A DNA stretch of 64,000 nt, from the NCBI GenBank assembly GCA_035720205.1, contig DASTOQ010000118.1, positions 6,546 through 70,545 of the forward strand. The letters are read 5' to 3'. The notes under the pieces were generated by a model, which ran no database searches, was not told where the DNA came from, and saw only the letters and a program-made list of their open reading frames with translations. Made by a program: the position numbers and the translations under genes. Position 1 is the stretch's first letter; every line of letters starts with the position of its first letter. Source of the stretch: Steroidobacteraceae bacterium (GTDB taxonomy: Bacteria; Pseudomonadota; Gammaproteobacteria; Steroidobacterales; Steroidobacteraceae). Shown one piece after another: positions 9,435 to 19,023 of the stretch.

Positions 9435-10777
9435 GTCCAGCGACAACTGCACATCTCAGGCGACCCGCGCTGGCGCTGGCGGCTTTGCTGCTGGCCGGCG
9501 CGGCCCATGCGGAAACCCCGCCGGTGAAACGCGTGGCCGATGCGCTGGTGGCCGAAGCACTCGAGTCGAATCTCGGCCTGGCCGCGAACGCCGCGGGCCT
9601 GCGGCAGAAGCAGGCGGCGCTCGACGCGGTGCGCGCCGAGTACCTGCCGCAGCTCGACCTGCAGCTGCGCTACAGCGAGGCCGACGGCGGCCGCAGGATC
9701 GAGGTCCCCGCGCTCGGCCTCGACTTCCGCTTCCTGCGCGAGCGCGAGCAGGATTCGGTGTTGCGCCTGACGCAACCGCTCTATGACGCCCGCCTCGGCG
9801 CCCTGCGCCAGGGCGCCGCCCACGACTTCGACGCCGCGCAGCACGGCCTCGCCGCCTACCGCGCGACGCTGGCGCGCGACGTCCGCCAGGCCTACTACCG
9901 CTGGCTCGCGGCGCGCGAGGCGATCGGCGTGCTGGAGGCCACCGCCGCGCTCGCGCGCGAAAACGAGCGCGTCAACGACAGCCTGCACCGCAACGGCAAG
10001 GTGACGCGCGATCTGCTGCTGCGCGCCGAGGCCGAGCGCCTGGAAGTCGAGCAGCTGCTGCTGCGCGCCCGCGCGACGGAATCGCTGGCGCGCCGCTACC
10101 TCAACCTGCTGTGCAACGCGCCGCTCGAGCGGGAACCGGAAGCGACCGCCGTGAGCGACGCCGACCTGCCGCAACTGGCCGCCGGGATCCCGGCGCGCAA
10201 CGGCGCGCGCCTGGCGGACGCGGCGCTGTCCTCGCGGGCCGAACTGCGTCAGCTCGACGCGGGGCTCGCGGCGGCCGGAGCCTCCGAACGCGCGGCGCGC
10301 GCCGCCTTCAAGCCGCAACTCGCGCTCGCCGTGGACGCCGGTACCCAGGGCGCGGACTGGGGCTACGACGACCACGATCCCTACGTGATGGCCTCGCTGG
10401 TGGTCCGCTTCAACCTCTGGAACGGCGGCGGCGACCGCGCGGCGCTCGCCGGCGCGCGCGCGAAGAGCGCGGAGCTTTCCGCGGGCCGCGCGCTCGCCGA
10501 GCAGCAGATCCGCATCGAGGTGCAGGAGGCGCTCACCGACCTCGAGGTCGCGGAGGCCTCACTCGCGACCGCCGGCCGGCGCGTCGACGCCGCGACCGCG
10601 GCCTACGCGATCGTCGCGAAGAAGCGCGATCTCGGCCAGGTGTCGCCGGCCGAGTACCTGGATGCGCAGCGCGCGCTCACCGAGGCGCGCCTGAACGGGA
10701 ACGTCACGCGCTACGAAGCGCTGGCCGCATTGGCGCAGGTGGAGTTCGCCATCGGCGGCATGGAGCAGCAACCATGA
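9428..10777 (+). CDS. TolC-family outer membrane efflux protein (OMF)
   Basis: 449 aa with signal peptide. Two-repeat coiled/beta architecture typical of OMF proteins. First gene of the OMF-MFP-RND set. Confidence 0.85.
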   Translation: MSSPATTAHLRRPALALAALLLAGAAHAETPPVKRVADALVAEALESNLGLAANAAGLRQKQAALDAVRAEYLPQLDLQLRYSEADGGRRIEVPALGLDFRFLREREQDSVLRLTQPLYDARLGALRQGAAHDFDAAQHGLAAYRATLARDVRQAYYRWLAAREAIGVLEATAALARENERVNDSLHRNGKVTRDLLLRAEAERLEVEQLLLRARATESLARRYLNLLCNAPLEREPEATAVSDADLPQLAAGIPARNGARLADAALSSRAELRQLDAGLAAAGASERAARAAFKPQLALAVDAGTQGADWGYDDHDPYVMASLVVRFNLWNGGGDRAALAGARAKSAELSAGRALAEQQIRIEVQEALTDLEVAEASLATAGRRVDAATAAYAIVAKKRDLGQVSPAEYLDAQRALTEARLNGNVTRYEALAALAQVEFAIGGMEQQP

Positions 10778-11811
10778 ACAGGAACACCGTCATCGGAATC
10801 GCCGCCGCGCTGGCGCTCGCCGGCTGCGGCAACGGCCAGCAACCCGCCGCGGAAAAGGGCGCGGCGCCGGTGCGCGTCGCCGTGGTCGAGACCGCGCCCG
10901 CGACGGAATCGCTGCGTGCCGTCGGCGTAGTGGCCCCGGCGGACGAGGTCCGCCTCTCCTTCAAGTCGGGCGGCGTGGTGCGCTCCATCGAGGTGCAACA
11001 GGGCGAGCGCGTGCGCGCGGGACAGCTGCTGGCGACGCTGGTGCAGGACGAAGTCGCGGCCGCGGTCGCGCAGGCACGCGCGGTGGCCGACCAGGCTGCG
11101 CGCGACCTCGAGCGGGGCCGCGCCCTGCTCTCCGACGAGGTCGCGACGCGCGAACAGGTTGAGGGACTGGCGACCGCGAATGCGGTCGCGCAGGCCCAGC
11201 TGCGCACCGCCGTGTTCAACGCGCGGCATTCGCGCATCGAGGCGCCGGCCGACGGTGTGGTACTGCGCAAGCTCGCGGAGCCCGACGAACTGGTGGCCGC
11301 GGGCCAGCCCGTGCTCGTCGTCGGCAACACCGGCGGCGGCTGGATCGTGCGCGCGGCGCTCTCCGATCGCGACGTGGTGCGCGTCCAGGCGGGCCTGGCG
11401 GCGGAGGTGTCGCTGGACGCCTTCCCGGGCCGCAGCTTCGCGGCGACGGTCACCGAGATCGCGGCCGCCGCAGACCCGCAGACCGGCACCTATGAAATGA
11501 AGCTCGCTGTGGATCCCGCCGGCGCCCGCTTCGTGCAGGGGCTGGTCGCCAAGGTCGTGATCACGGACGACGCGGCGGAAAGCGTCGCGGTCGTGCCGGT
11601 GACGTCGCTGCTGGAGGCCGATGGCCGCGAGGCGACGGTGTTCGTGGTCGCCGGCAGCGGCGTCGCGAAGCGGGTGGCGGTGCGGACCGGCCGCCTGCTC
11701 GGCGAGCGGATCGAGGTGCTGGGCGGACTCTCCCCCGGCGACCGCGTGGTGACCGAGGGCGCCGCCTGGCTCGACGACAACGACGCCGTGCGCGTGCTCG
11801 ACGCAAGCTGA
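10774..11811 (+). CDS. Efflux RND periplasmic adaptor (MFP) lipoprotein
   Basis: ATG at 10774 overlaps the previous TGA (ATGA). MNRNTVIGIAAALALAGCG lipobox. HlyD-like barrel-sandwich and hairpin regions. Confidence 0.85.
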   Translation: MNRNTVIGIAAALALAGCGNGQQPAAEKGAAPVRVAVVETAPATESLRAVGVVAPADEVRLSFKSGGVVRSIEVQQGERVRAGQLLATLVQDEVAAAVAQARAVADQAARDLERGRALLSDEVATREQVEGLATANAVAQAQLRTAVFNARHSRIEAPADGVVLRKLAEPDELVAAGQPVLVVGNTGGGWIVRAALSDRDVVRVQAGLAAEVSLDAFPGRSFAATVTEIAAAADPQTGTYEMKLAVDPAGARFVQGLVAKVVITDDAAESVAVVPVTSLLEADGREATVFVVAGSGVAKRVAVRTGRLLGERIEVLGGLSPGDRVVTEGAAWLDDNDAVRVLDAS

Positions 11812-11821
11812 ACGTCCACCC

Positions 11822-14800
11822 ATGAGCCTGTGGGCATTCTCGGTCCGGCGCTGGCAGTTCACGCTGGTCGTGTTCGCCCTGCTGATCGCGACCGGCCTGT
11901 GGGCCCTGTCGTCCATCCCGCGCGCCGAGGATCCGACCCTCAAGTTCCCGGGCTCGCTGGTGGTCGTGAACTACCCGGGCGCCGATCCCGAGGACGTCGA
12001 GCGCCTGGTCGTGGACCCGATCGAGGACGCGCTGGCCGAGCTCGAGGACGTCAAGCGCCTGAACAGCTCGGCGCAGGACGGCCTCGCCCTGATCGAGATT
12101 GAGTTCGTCTACGGCAGCGATCCCGACCGCAAGTACGACGAGGTCATCCGCGAGGTCAACGCGGTGCGCGGCACGCTGCCGCCGGACGTGTTCTCGATCG
12201 AAGTGCGTCAGTTCACGCCGGGCACCGTCAACATCGTGCAGCTCGCGCTGGTCTCCACCGACGCCAGCTGGCGCGAGCTGCGCAAGCACGCCGAGGACCT
12301 CGAGGAGCTGATCGAGACCGCGCCCGGCGTGCGCCGCGCCGAGACCTGGGCCTACCCGGATCCGGAGGTGCGCGTCGCCATCGACCTGGAGCGGCTGGCG
12401 GGGGCCCGCGTGACGCTCGGGCAGGTGATCGCGGCCGTGCAGGGCGAGAATGCCAGCATCCCGGGCGGCGCGGTGGACGTCGGCCTGCGACGCTACAACC
12501 TGAAGACTTCGGGCAGCTACGAGAACCTCGACGAGATCGGCGACACGGTGGTGGCCGCCGCCGGCTCGCGCATCGTGCGGCTGCGCGACATTGCGGAGGT
12601 CGGCTGGAGCGCCGGCGAGGAGCGCTACACCGGTCGCTTCAACGGCACCCGCGCCGTGTTCATCACGGCGAGCATGAAGGACAACCAGAACGTCTTCGAC
12701 GTGCGCGACGCGATCTACGCGCGGCTGCCGCAGTTCGAGGAGGGCCTGCCCGGGAACCTGCGCCTCGAGCGCGGCTTCGACCAGTCCTCGAACGTCGACC
12801 GGCGGCTGTCGCGGCTGCAGTTCGACTTCACCATCGCGATCACGCTCGTGATCCTGACGCTGCTGCCGCTCGGCCTGCGCGCCGCGGGCATCGTCATGAT
12901 CTCGATCCCGCTCTCGCTCGCGATCGGCCTCGCGCTCCTGTACCTCACCGGGTTCTCGCTGAACCAGCTCTCGATCGCCGGGTTCGTGGTGGCGCTCGGC
13001 CTGCTGGTGGACGACTCCATCGTGGTGGTGGAGAACATCGCGCGCAACGTGCGCAACGGCATGCCGCGCCTGCAGGCCGCGATCGCCGCGACCGACCAGA
13101 TCTGGCTGGCGGTGCTCGGATGCACGGTGACGCTGCTGCTCGCCTTCGTGCCGCTGCTGTTCCTGCCGGAGGGCGCCGGCGACTTCGTGCGCTCGCTGCC
13201 GGCCGCGGTGCTGTTCACCATCCTGGCCTCGTTCTTCGTGGCGCTCTCGATCATCCCCTTCCTCGCCAGCCGCCTGCTGCGCGGCGGCCGGGCGCGCGAG
13301 CCGCGCCAGCCGTGGCTGGCCGCGCTGTCCGCCCGCCTGCGCGGGATCGTGGACCGTTCCGACGAGGCGGCGGACGGCCTGCTGCGCCGGCTCATGAACG
13401 CGATCCACCGCATCTACGGGCCGGCGCTGCGCTTCGGGCTGGCGCGGCCGCGGCGCACGCTCGCCGCCGCGCTCGGCGTCTTCGCGCTGTCGCTGTTGCT
13501 GGTGCCGCTGATCGGCTTCAGCCTGTTCCCGACCGCCGACATCCCGCAGTTCCGCGTTCGCATCGAGGCGCCGGACGGCGCGAGCCTGGAGGAGACCGAC
13601 CGGGCGCTGCGCTTCGTCGAGGAGCAGCTGGCCGCGACCGAGGGCATCCGCTGGTGGTTCTCGAACCTCGGCCAGGAGAACCCGCGCATCTATTACAACG
13701 TGCTGTCGCGCCAGTCCGCCGCCAACGTCGCCGAGGTGTTCGCGGAGATCGGGGATTACCGCTCGGGGAAGGCGGAGCGCCTGCTCGACGGCCTGCGCGC
13801 CGAGTTCGCCGGCTATCCCGCCGCCCGCATCAGCGTGCACCAGTTCGAGAACGGCCCGCCGGTCGCGGCGCCGATCGAGATCCGCGTCATCGGCCCCGAT
13901 GTCGGGACGCTGCGCCTGCTGGCCGCCGACGTCGAGCGCGTGATCGAGTCCGTGCCCGGCACGCGCGACGTCGTGAACCCGATGCGGCTGCAGCGCACCG
14001 ACCTCGACCTCGGCATCGACACCGAGAAGGCGGCGCTGTTCGGCGTGCCGGCGATCGAGGCGGACCGCACGGTGCGCCTGGCGGTCGCCGGCCTTGCCGC
14101 CGGGCGCTACCGCGAGCCCGACGGCGACGAGTACGACATCGTGCTGCGCCTGCCGATCGGCGCGCGCCCGACTCTGGAACTGCTGCAGTCGGTGCAGGTG
14201 TCCTCGCTCTCCGGCCGCCAGGTGCCGCTCGCGCAGATCACGGACCCGGAATTCCGGACCGCGCCCTCGGTCATCAAGCGTTACGACCGCGAGCGCGCGG
14301 TGGCCGTCACCGCCTGGCCCGCGACCGGCCACGCGACCGACGAGCTGACGCGCCAGGTGCTGGCGAAGCTGGAGGCGATGGCCTGGCCGCCCGGCTACCG
14401 CTGGGTCGCGGCCGGCGAGATCGAGGCGCGGGAGGAGAGCTTCTCCGGCCTGGGCGTGGCGATGCTGGTGGCGGTGTTCGGGATCCTGGCCGTGCTGGTG
14501 CTCGAGTTCGGCAGCTTCCGCTCGATGCTGATCGTGTTCGGCGTGGTGCCGCTCGGCATCACCGGGGCGCTCGTGGGCCTGTTCCTGACCGGCTACACGC
14601 TCTCGTTCACCTCGCTGATCGGGATGATTGCCCTGGTCGGCATCGAGATCAAGAACTCGATCCTGCTGGTGGATTTCACCAACCGGCTGCGCGAGCAGGG
14701 CCGTCCGCTCGACGACGCGATCGCCGAAGCGGGCGAAGTCCGCTTCCTGCCGATCCTGCTGACCTCGCTGACCGCGATCGGCGGCCTCACGCCGCTCGCG

Positions 14801-14983
14801 GTGCAGGGTTCCGGGCTCTACTCGCCGCTCGCGATCGTGATCATCGGCGGGCTGATCAGCTCGACGCTGCTCGCGCGCCTCGTCACGCCCGTCATGTACA
14901 AGCTGCTGCCGCCGGCCATCGATAAAGGGGACGCGTCCCTTTACCAGCCGTCGGGAGAGCGGCTGTCGCCTGCCGGCTACTGA
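11822..14983 (+). CDS. RND efflux permease (AcrB/CzcA superfamily)
   Basis: 1053 aa with the 12-TM, two-large-loop architecture and typical N-terminus (FSVRRWQFTLVVFALLI). The last ~20 codons run through a REP-like repeat. Confidence 0.9.
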   Translation: MSLWAFSVRRWQFTLVVFALLIATGLWALSSIPRAEDPTLKFPGSLVVVNYPGADPEDVERLVVDPIEDALAELEDVKRLNSSAQDGLALIEIEFVYGSDPDRKYDEVIREVNAVRGTLPPDVFSIEVRQFTPGTVNIVQLALVSTDASWRELRKHAEDLEELIETAPGVRRAETWAYPDPEVRVAIDLERLAGARVTLGQVIAAVQGENASIPGGAVDVGLRRYNLKTSGSYENLDEIGDTVVAAAGSRIVRLRDIAEVGWSAGEERYTGRFNGTRAVFITASMKDNQNVFDVRDAIYARLPQFEEGLPGNLRLERGFDQSSNVDRRLSRLQFDFTIAITLVILTLLPLGLRAAGIVMISIPLSLAIGLALLYLTGFSLNQLSIAGFVVALGLLVDDSIVVVENIARNVRNGMPRLQAAIAATDQIWLAVLGCTVTLLLAFVPLLFLPEGAGDFVRSLPAAVLFTILASFFVALSIIPFLASRLLRGGRAREPRQPWLAALSARLRGIVDRSDEAADGLLRRLMNAIHRIYGPALRFGLARPRRTLAAALGVFALSLLLVPLIGFSLFPTADIPQFRVRIEAPDGASLEETDRALRFVEEQLAATEGIRWWFSNLGQENPRIYYNVLSRQSAANVAEVFAEIGDYRSGKAERLLDGLRAEFAGYPAARISVHQFENGPPVAAPIEIRVIGPDVGTLRLLAADVERVIESVPGTRDVVNPMRLQRTDLDLGIDTEKAALFGVPAIEADRTVRLAVAGLAAGRYREPDGDEYDIVLRLPIGARPTLELLQSVQVSSLSGRQVPLAQITDPEFRTAPSVIKRYDRERAVAVTAWPATGHATDELTRQVLAKLEAMAWPPGYRWVAAGEIEAREESFSGLGVAMLVAVFGILAVLVLEFGSFRSMLIVFGVVPLGITGALVGLFLTGYTLSFTSLIGMIALVGIEIKNSILLVDFTNRLREQGRPLDDAIAEAGEVRFLPILLTSLTAIGGLTPLAVQGSGLYSPLAIVIIGGLISSTLLARLVTPVMYKLLPPAIDKGDASLYQPSGERLSPAGY

Positions 14984-15005
14984 TCAAGGGACGCGTCCCT
15001 TTCAC
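14922..15005. repeat. REP-like palindromic element, locus 1 (two near-self-complementary copies of AAAGGGGACGCGTCCCTTT)
   Basis: ATAAAGGGGACGCGTCCCTTTAC at 14922-14944 and ATCAAGGGACGCGTCCCTTTCAC at 14983-15005. Same core as the elements at 20511-20580 and 42617-42679. Located at a convergent gene junction. Confidence 0.75.
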
Positions 15006-15621
15006 GCCGGTCGCCGGGCGCGCTGTCTGCGGGTTCGGATCCTGCGCGTGACTGGCCGCCGGACTTGCGTTCACACCGGAAGACATTGTCCGGATCCCGG
15101 TAGAAGTCGCATTGCGATTTCAGCGCCTCCTTCAGTCGGAGCCGCGCGCGATGGATCCTGATCTTGGCAGTGGCGACCGAGCAGCCGCAGATCTCGGCGG
15201 TCTGTTCGGCCGACAGGCCCTCGAGCTCGTGCAGGACCAGGGCGGACCGGTAGGCGTCCGGGAGGCTGTCGATCACCTGCCGGACGCAGGTGTTCATCTC
15301 GTCGACCACGAGGCGCTCGGAGATGGCACGATCCGTATCGACCAGTTCCGCGGCCTCATCCAGTTCGACGACCCGGGCCCTGCGTTCCGGCTCACGGAAA
15401 TGATCGGCAGCCACCCGGCTGGCGATGGCGAAGACCCATGTCCTGACCGACGAACGGCCGGCGAAGGCGGGCAGTCCGCGGTGCACCCTGATCAGCGTTT
15501 CCTGCCACAGGTCTTCCGCCACCGCCCGATTCCCGGCATACCGCTCGAGATAGCGCATGACGGGCTGCGCCAGTTCCCGGGCGATATCCTCGAATCCGGA
15601 CTGTGCATCAGCGGCATTCAT
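14977..15621 (-). CDS. ECF-type RNA polymerase sigma factor with a short Cys-containing C-terminal extension
   Basis: 214 aa with sigma-2 (DLWQETLIRVHRGL) and sigma-4 (LSAEQTAEICGCSVATAKIRIHRARLRL) regions. A ~45-aa tail follows with C-x11-C (CDFYRDPDNVFRC). Confidence 0.85.
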   Translation of the reverse strand: MNAADAQSGFEDIARELAQPVMRYLERYAGNRAVAEDLWQETLIRVHRGLPAFAGRSSVRTWVFAIASRVAADHFREPERRARVVELDEAAELVDTDRAISERLVVDEMNTCVRQVIDSLPDAYRSALVLHELEGLSAEQTAEICGCSVATAKIRIHRARLRLKEALKSQCDFYRDPDNVFRCERKSGGQSRAGSEPADSAPGDRRERDASLDQ

Positions 15622-15637
15622 CGTTGCGTGACCGCCG

Positions 15638-15970
15638 TCAGGTGCAGCACTCTTTCGTCGCCGCCGCAGTCCCCGCAGGCCCGACGTCCGTGGTTTCTGG
15701 CGAGGATCCGCACCCCGGGCGATCGCCGCCGGCGTTGCTTCGAGCGTCGCCGCTCGCAGCCGGCAGGAGTCTCAATGCAGCCTGCAGGGTCTTGCGCGCC
15801 GGCACCTGGCGGATCTTGTCCGCGTGCTGGATCGCGGCATGGATTTGCGCGTCCGAAAGCCCGGCCTTGCGGGACTCCGGGATGTGGTATTCCACGCAGG
15901 GGACGCAGTTGCTCCCCATGGCGGCGCCTAGCGCCACCAATTCGCGATCGCGTGAGATCAGTTCGTTCAT
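15638..15970 (-). CDS. Carboxymuconolactone decarboxylase (AhpD-like) family protein with a Cys-rich tail
   Basis: I prefer the ATG at 15970 (MNELISRDRELVALGAAMGSNCVPCVEYH) because GGAGAA lies 5-10 nt upstream. It has the CxxC AhpD-core motif and the tail ends ...KECCT. The track ORF starts 54 nt further upstream. Confidence 0.75.
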   Translation of the reverse strand: MNELISRDRELVALGAAMGSNCVPCVEYHIPESRKAGLSDAQIHAAIQHADKIRQVPARKTLQAALRLLPAASGDARSNAGGDRPGCGSSPETTDVGPAGTAAATKECCT

Positions 15971-16114
15971 GACGTTCTCCTCTAAGGTTGGATGACGAGT
16001 CGTGGGCCATTGCCCCCGCTCCACCTGCTTAGACGGAAATCCGTCACCAAGGGATACACCCTGGCGTCGTCAAGATGCACCCGCGGGACGCCGCCCGCAA
16101 GTCCTCGCAAGCCT

Positions 16115-16216
16115 TCAGTCCCGGTGCCCGCCGCCACGGCCTTTTGAGCGCGCAAGGCGCATCGCGACGATTGCGATCACCACGACGAGAACAAGGAGAA
16201 GTAGCGCACGGGCCAT
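16115..16216 (-). CDS. Candidate 33-aa single-TM mini-protein
   Basis: Below the track cutoff. AGGAG lies 8 nt before the ATG. Sequence MARALLLLVLVVVIAIVAMRLARSKGRGGGHRD (hydrophobic helix plus basic tail). Sits between the symporter stop and the CMD gene on the same strand. Confidence 0.35.
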   Translation of the reverse strand: MARALLLLVLVVVIAIVAMRLARSKGRGGGHRD

Positions 16217-16243
16217 GGCCGGCTCCTGGTGGTTCGCGGCGTT

Positions 16244-17575
16244 TCAGCCCTGTCTGGCCTCGCCGCCGTCCCCGAGTCTGGCGTAGCGGTCCACCACCGT
16301 GGCCGCGACCACGTCCGAACCCACGTTCACCATCGTCCGCGTCATGTCGAGCAGCCGGTCCACGCCCAGGATGATGCCGATGCCCTCGGGCGGGATGCCG
16401 AACGACGCCAGCAGCCCCGCGATCAGCGGCAGCGAACCGCCCGGGATGGCGGCCACCGCCACCGCCGACAGCACCGCGAGCAGCAGCAGGGTCAGCTGCT
16501 GCACCAGGCCCAGCTCGATGCCGAACACCTGCGCGACGAACAGCACGACGCAGCCTTCGTAGAGCGCGGTGCCCGCCATGTTCATCGTCGCGCCCAGGGG
16601 CAGCACGAAGCCGGCGACCGGCGGGCGCACGCCGACGTCGTTGCGGGCGACCGCAAGCGCGGTCGGCAGCGTCGCGGCGCTGGAGCTGGTCGAGAATGCC
16701 GTCACCAGCACCGGGCGCATCTGCTTCCAGAACTCCAGCGCACCCCGGCCCGCCAGCATCCTCACCCACAGCGACATGGTCCCGAACAGGTGCAGCAGCA
16801 TCACGAAGACGCAGCCCGCGACGAACACGCCCAGCGCGACCACGATGTCCCAGCCGATCTTGACGACGACGCTGTAGATCATCGCCGGCACCGCATAGGG
16901 CGCGATGGACAGCGCGAAGTGCACGATGCTGGTCATCAGGTCCGTGATCGTGGCGAGCGACGACCGGAACCGGTCGCGCGGCTCCCGCGCCAGGCGCGTC
17001 GCGGCGGCTCCGACCAGGATCGCGAACAGGATCAGCGGCAGCACGTCGCCCAGCGCATCGCGGCTGTTGCCGACGAAGGCGCCGAACAGGTTCCTCGGCA
17101 TGAACATCTCGACGATGGTCAACGGCGTCACGTCCGGCTGCGCGGCGCGGCGCTCGATATGCTGCTGCGCGGCGCCGCCGTATTCCGCGGTGAGGCGCGC
17201 CTGGGCCTCCGGATCCATCGCGGACCCGGGCGCGAGCACGTTCATCATCACCAGGCCGAGTGCGACCGCGATCGACATGTTCAGGAAGAACAGCAGGAAG
17301 GTACGGCCGGCGAGCGGGCCGAGCTCGCTGAGCCGCTCGAGCTGGGCGATGCCGCTCGCGAGCGAAGCGAACACCAGCGGGATGACGACGAAGAACAGCA
17401 GGCGCAGGAACACCTGCCCGAGCGGGTCCAGTACCAGCGTCGCGAACCGGCGGGCCGCGGTCACCAGGTCCGGATAGATCCCGCCGACCGCCAGCGTCAG
17501 GCCGCCGGCCGCCGCGCCGATCACCAGCCCCAGCAGAATGCGATTGGCGAGACGGGTGCTCATCTGGTCACTCAT
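16244..17575 (-). CDS. Dicarboxylate/amino acid:cation symporter (DAACS/GltP family)
   Basis: Start taken at MSDQMSTRLANRILLGLVIG (17575); the 95 upstream codons of the track ORF are Arg-rich junk. Contains typical DAACS helices and the motif AATLPTALAVA. Confidence 0.85.
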   Translation of the reverse strand: MSDQMSTRLANRILLGLVIGAAAGGLTLAVGGIYPDLVTAARRFATLVLDPLGQVFLRLLFFVVIPLVFASLASGIAQLERLSELGPLAGRTFLLFFLNMSIAVALGLVMMNVLAPGSAMDPEAQARLTAEYGGAAQQHIERRAAQPDVTPLTIVEMFMPRNLFGAFVGNSRDALGDVLPLILFAILVGAAATRLAREPRDRFRSSLATITDLMTSIVHFALSIAPYAVPAMIYSVVVKIGWDIVVALGVFVAGCVFVMLLHLFGTMSLWVRMLAGRGALEFWKQMRPVLVTAFSTSSSAATLPTALAVARNDVGVRPPVAGFVLPLGATMNMAGTALYEGCVVLFVAQVFGIELGLVQQLTLLLLAVLSAVAVAAIPGGSLPLIAGLLASFGIPPEGIGIILGVDRLLDMTRTMVNVGSDVVAATVVDRYARLGDGGEARQG

Positions 17576-17645
17576 CGGGCGCCCCTGCTTTTTAGCCGTC
17601 GCCCGGCAATGGTAACCTCTTGCAGGAATTCCCGGAGCCGAATCC

Positions 17646-19016
17646 TTGACGCGGCATGCCCTCAAGTGCGCGATCCTGATCTTCGCGGCGGCGGCGGCCG
17701 CGTGCGCGAATCCCGGGCGCGCGCCCGACCTCGCGCGCCTGTACCAGGCCCATGCACTGGACGACCGCCGCGTCCCGGTCATCCTCGTGCCCGGCATGCT
17801 GGGCTCCCGCCTCGCGCGCCGCGACACCGGCGAAGAACTCTGGCCGGGCGGAACCGCCAAGCTGCTGACCAGCGGCTACGAGGACCTGGCGCTGCGCATC
17901 GATCCGGACACGCTCGAGCCGCTGGACGACGGGCTTGAGCCCAGCGGGCTGTTCGACGCCGCGATCGGGCAGGACTTCTATGGGCGCATCACGCGCGCGT
18001 TGCGCGAGGTGGGGGGTTACCTGCCGAGCCGACCGGGCCAGCACGTGGTGCAGCAGAAAGCGAGGATGTACGTCTTCACCTACGACTGGCGCCAGGACAA
18101 CGTCGCCACCGTGCGCAAGCTCGACGAATTCATCGAGCAGATCCGCCGCGACTACGGCGACCCTGAATTGCGCGTGGACGTCGTCGCGCACAGCATGGGC
18201 GGCCTGATCGTGCGCTACTACCAGCGCTACGGCACCGACGACGTACTGGATGGCAACGCCTTCCCGGTGACGGGCGCCGGCGCCGCCAAGCTGCGCCGCG
18301 TCGTGCTGCTCGGCGTGCCCAACCAGGGCGCGACCATCGCGATCCACAAGTTCCTGAACGGCTACCAGGTCGGCATCTCGCGCCTGCCGACCGAGGGCGT
18401 GGCGACCATGCCGGGCCTGTTCCAGTTCTTCCCGCATCCCGCGGTCGACTGGGTGACCAACATCCGCGGCCGCCTGCTGGATTTCGACCTGTTCGACGTG
18501 GAGACCTGGCGGCGCTTCGGCTGGTCCATCTTCGATCGTCGCGTGCAGCGGCGCATCGCGAACCATCCCGACGTCTGGCCGGAGCCGCAGGTGTTCGAGC
18601 GGTGGTTCGAAAAACGCCTCGAGCGGGGACGGCGCTTCACCTGGTCATTGATGGTGCCGACCGACGAGGCCGACCGCGTCGAGCTGCTGAACATGGGCGG
18701 CGACTGCCTGCCGACACCGCGGCGGCTCGTCATCGAGGAGGCAGGCGGGGAATCCATCGCGCGCCTGCGGCCGGAGCAGATTGCGCGGCCCGTGCCGGGC
18801 ATCGACTACGAACTCTTGATGTACGAGCCGGGCGACGGCAGTGTCACGCGCTCCTCGCTGCTGGCGCGCCAGGAGATGAACCACACCATCCCCCGCTTCG
18901 AGTACTCGCGCGCCGGCCTCGGGCGCGCGTTCTTCGTCTGCGAGCAGCACGATGCGCTGACCGGCAACGTCAGCCTGATCGACAACCTGCTGCACTTCCT
19001 CCTGGACGAGGACTGA
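17646..19016 (+). CDS. Alpha/beta-hydrolase, LCAT/PGAP1-like lipase/acyltransferase (probable lipoprotein)
   Basis: 456 aa with TTG start. Signal peptide with a Cys (AAAAACANPG). Nucleophile elbow AHSMGG. Confidence 0.7.
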   Translation: MTRHALKCAILIFAAAAAACANPGRAPDLARLYQAHALDDRRVPVILVPGMLGSRLARRDTGEELWPGGTAKLLTSGYEDLALRIDPDTLEPLDDGLEPSGLFDAAIGQDFYGRITRALREVGGYLPSRPGQHVVQQKARMYVFTYDWRQDNVATVRKLDEFIEQIRRDYGDPELRVDVVAHSMGGLIVRYYQRYGTDDVLDGNAFPVTGAGAAKLRRVVLLGVPNQGATIAIHKFLNGYQVGISRLPTEGVATMPGLFQFFPHPAVDWVTNIRGRLLDFDLFDVETWRRFGWSIFDRRVQRRIANHPDVWPEPQVFERWFEKRLERGRRFTWSLMVPTDEADRVELLNMGGDCLPTPRRLVIEEAGGESIARLRPEQIARPVPGIDYELLMYEPGDGSVTRSSLLARQEMNHTIPRFEYSRAGLGRAFFVCEQHDALTGNVSLIDNLLHFLLDED

Positions 19017-19023
19017 GGCGGAC

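Noticed and set aside
11561-14332. 923-aa minus-strand ORF
   Set aside because: Antisense to the RND permease, which has an unmistakable family signature.
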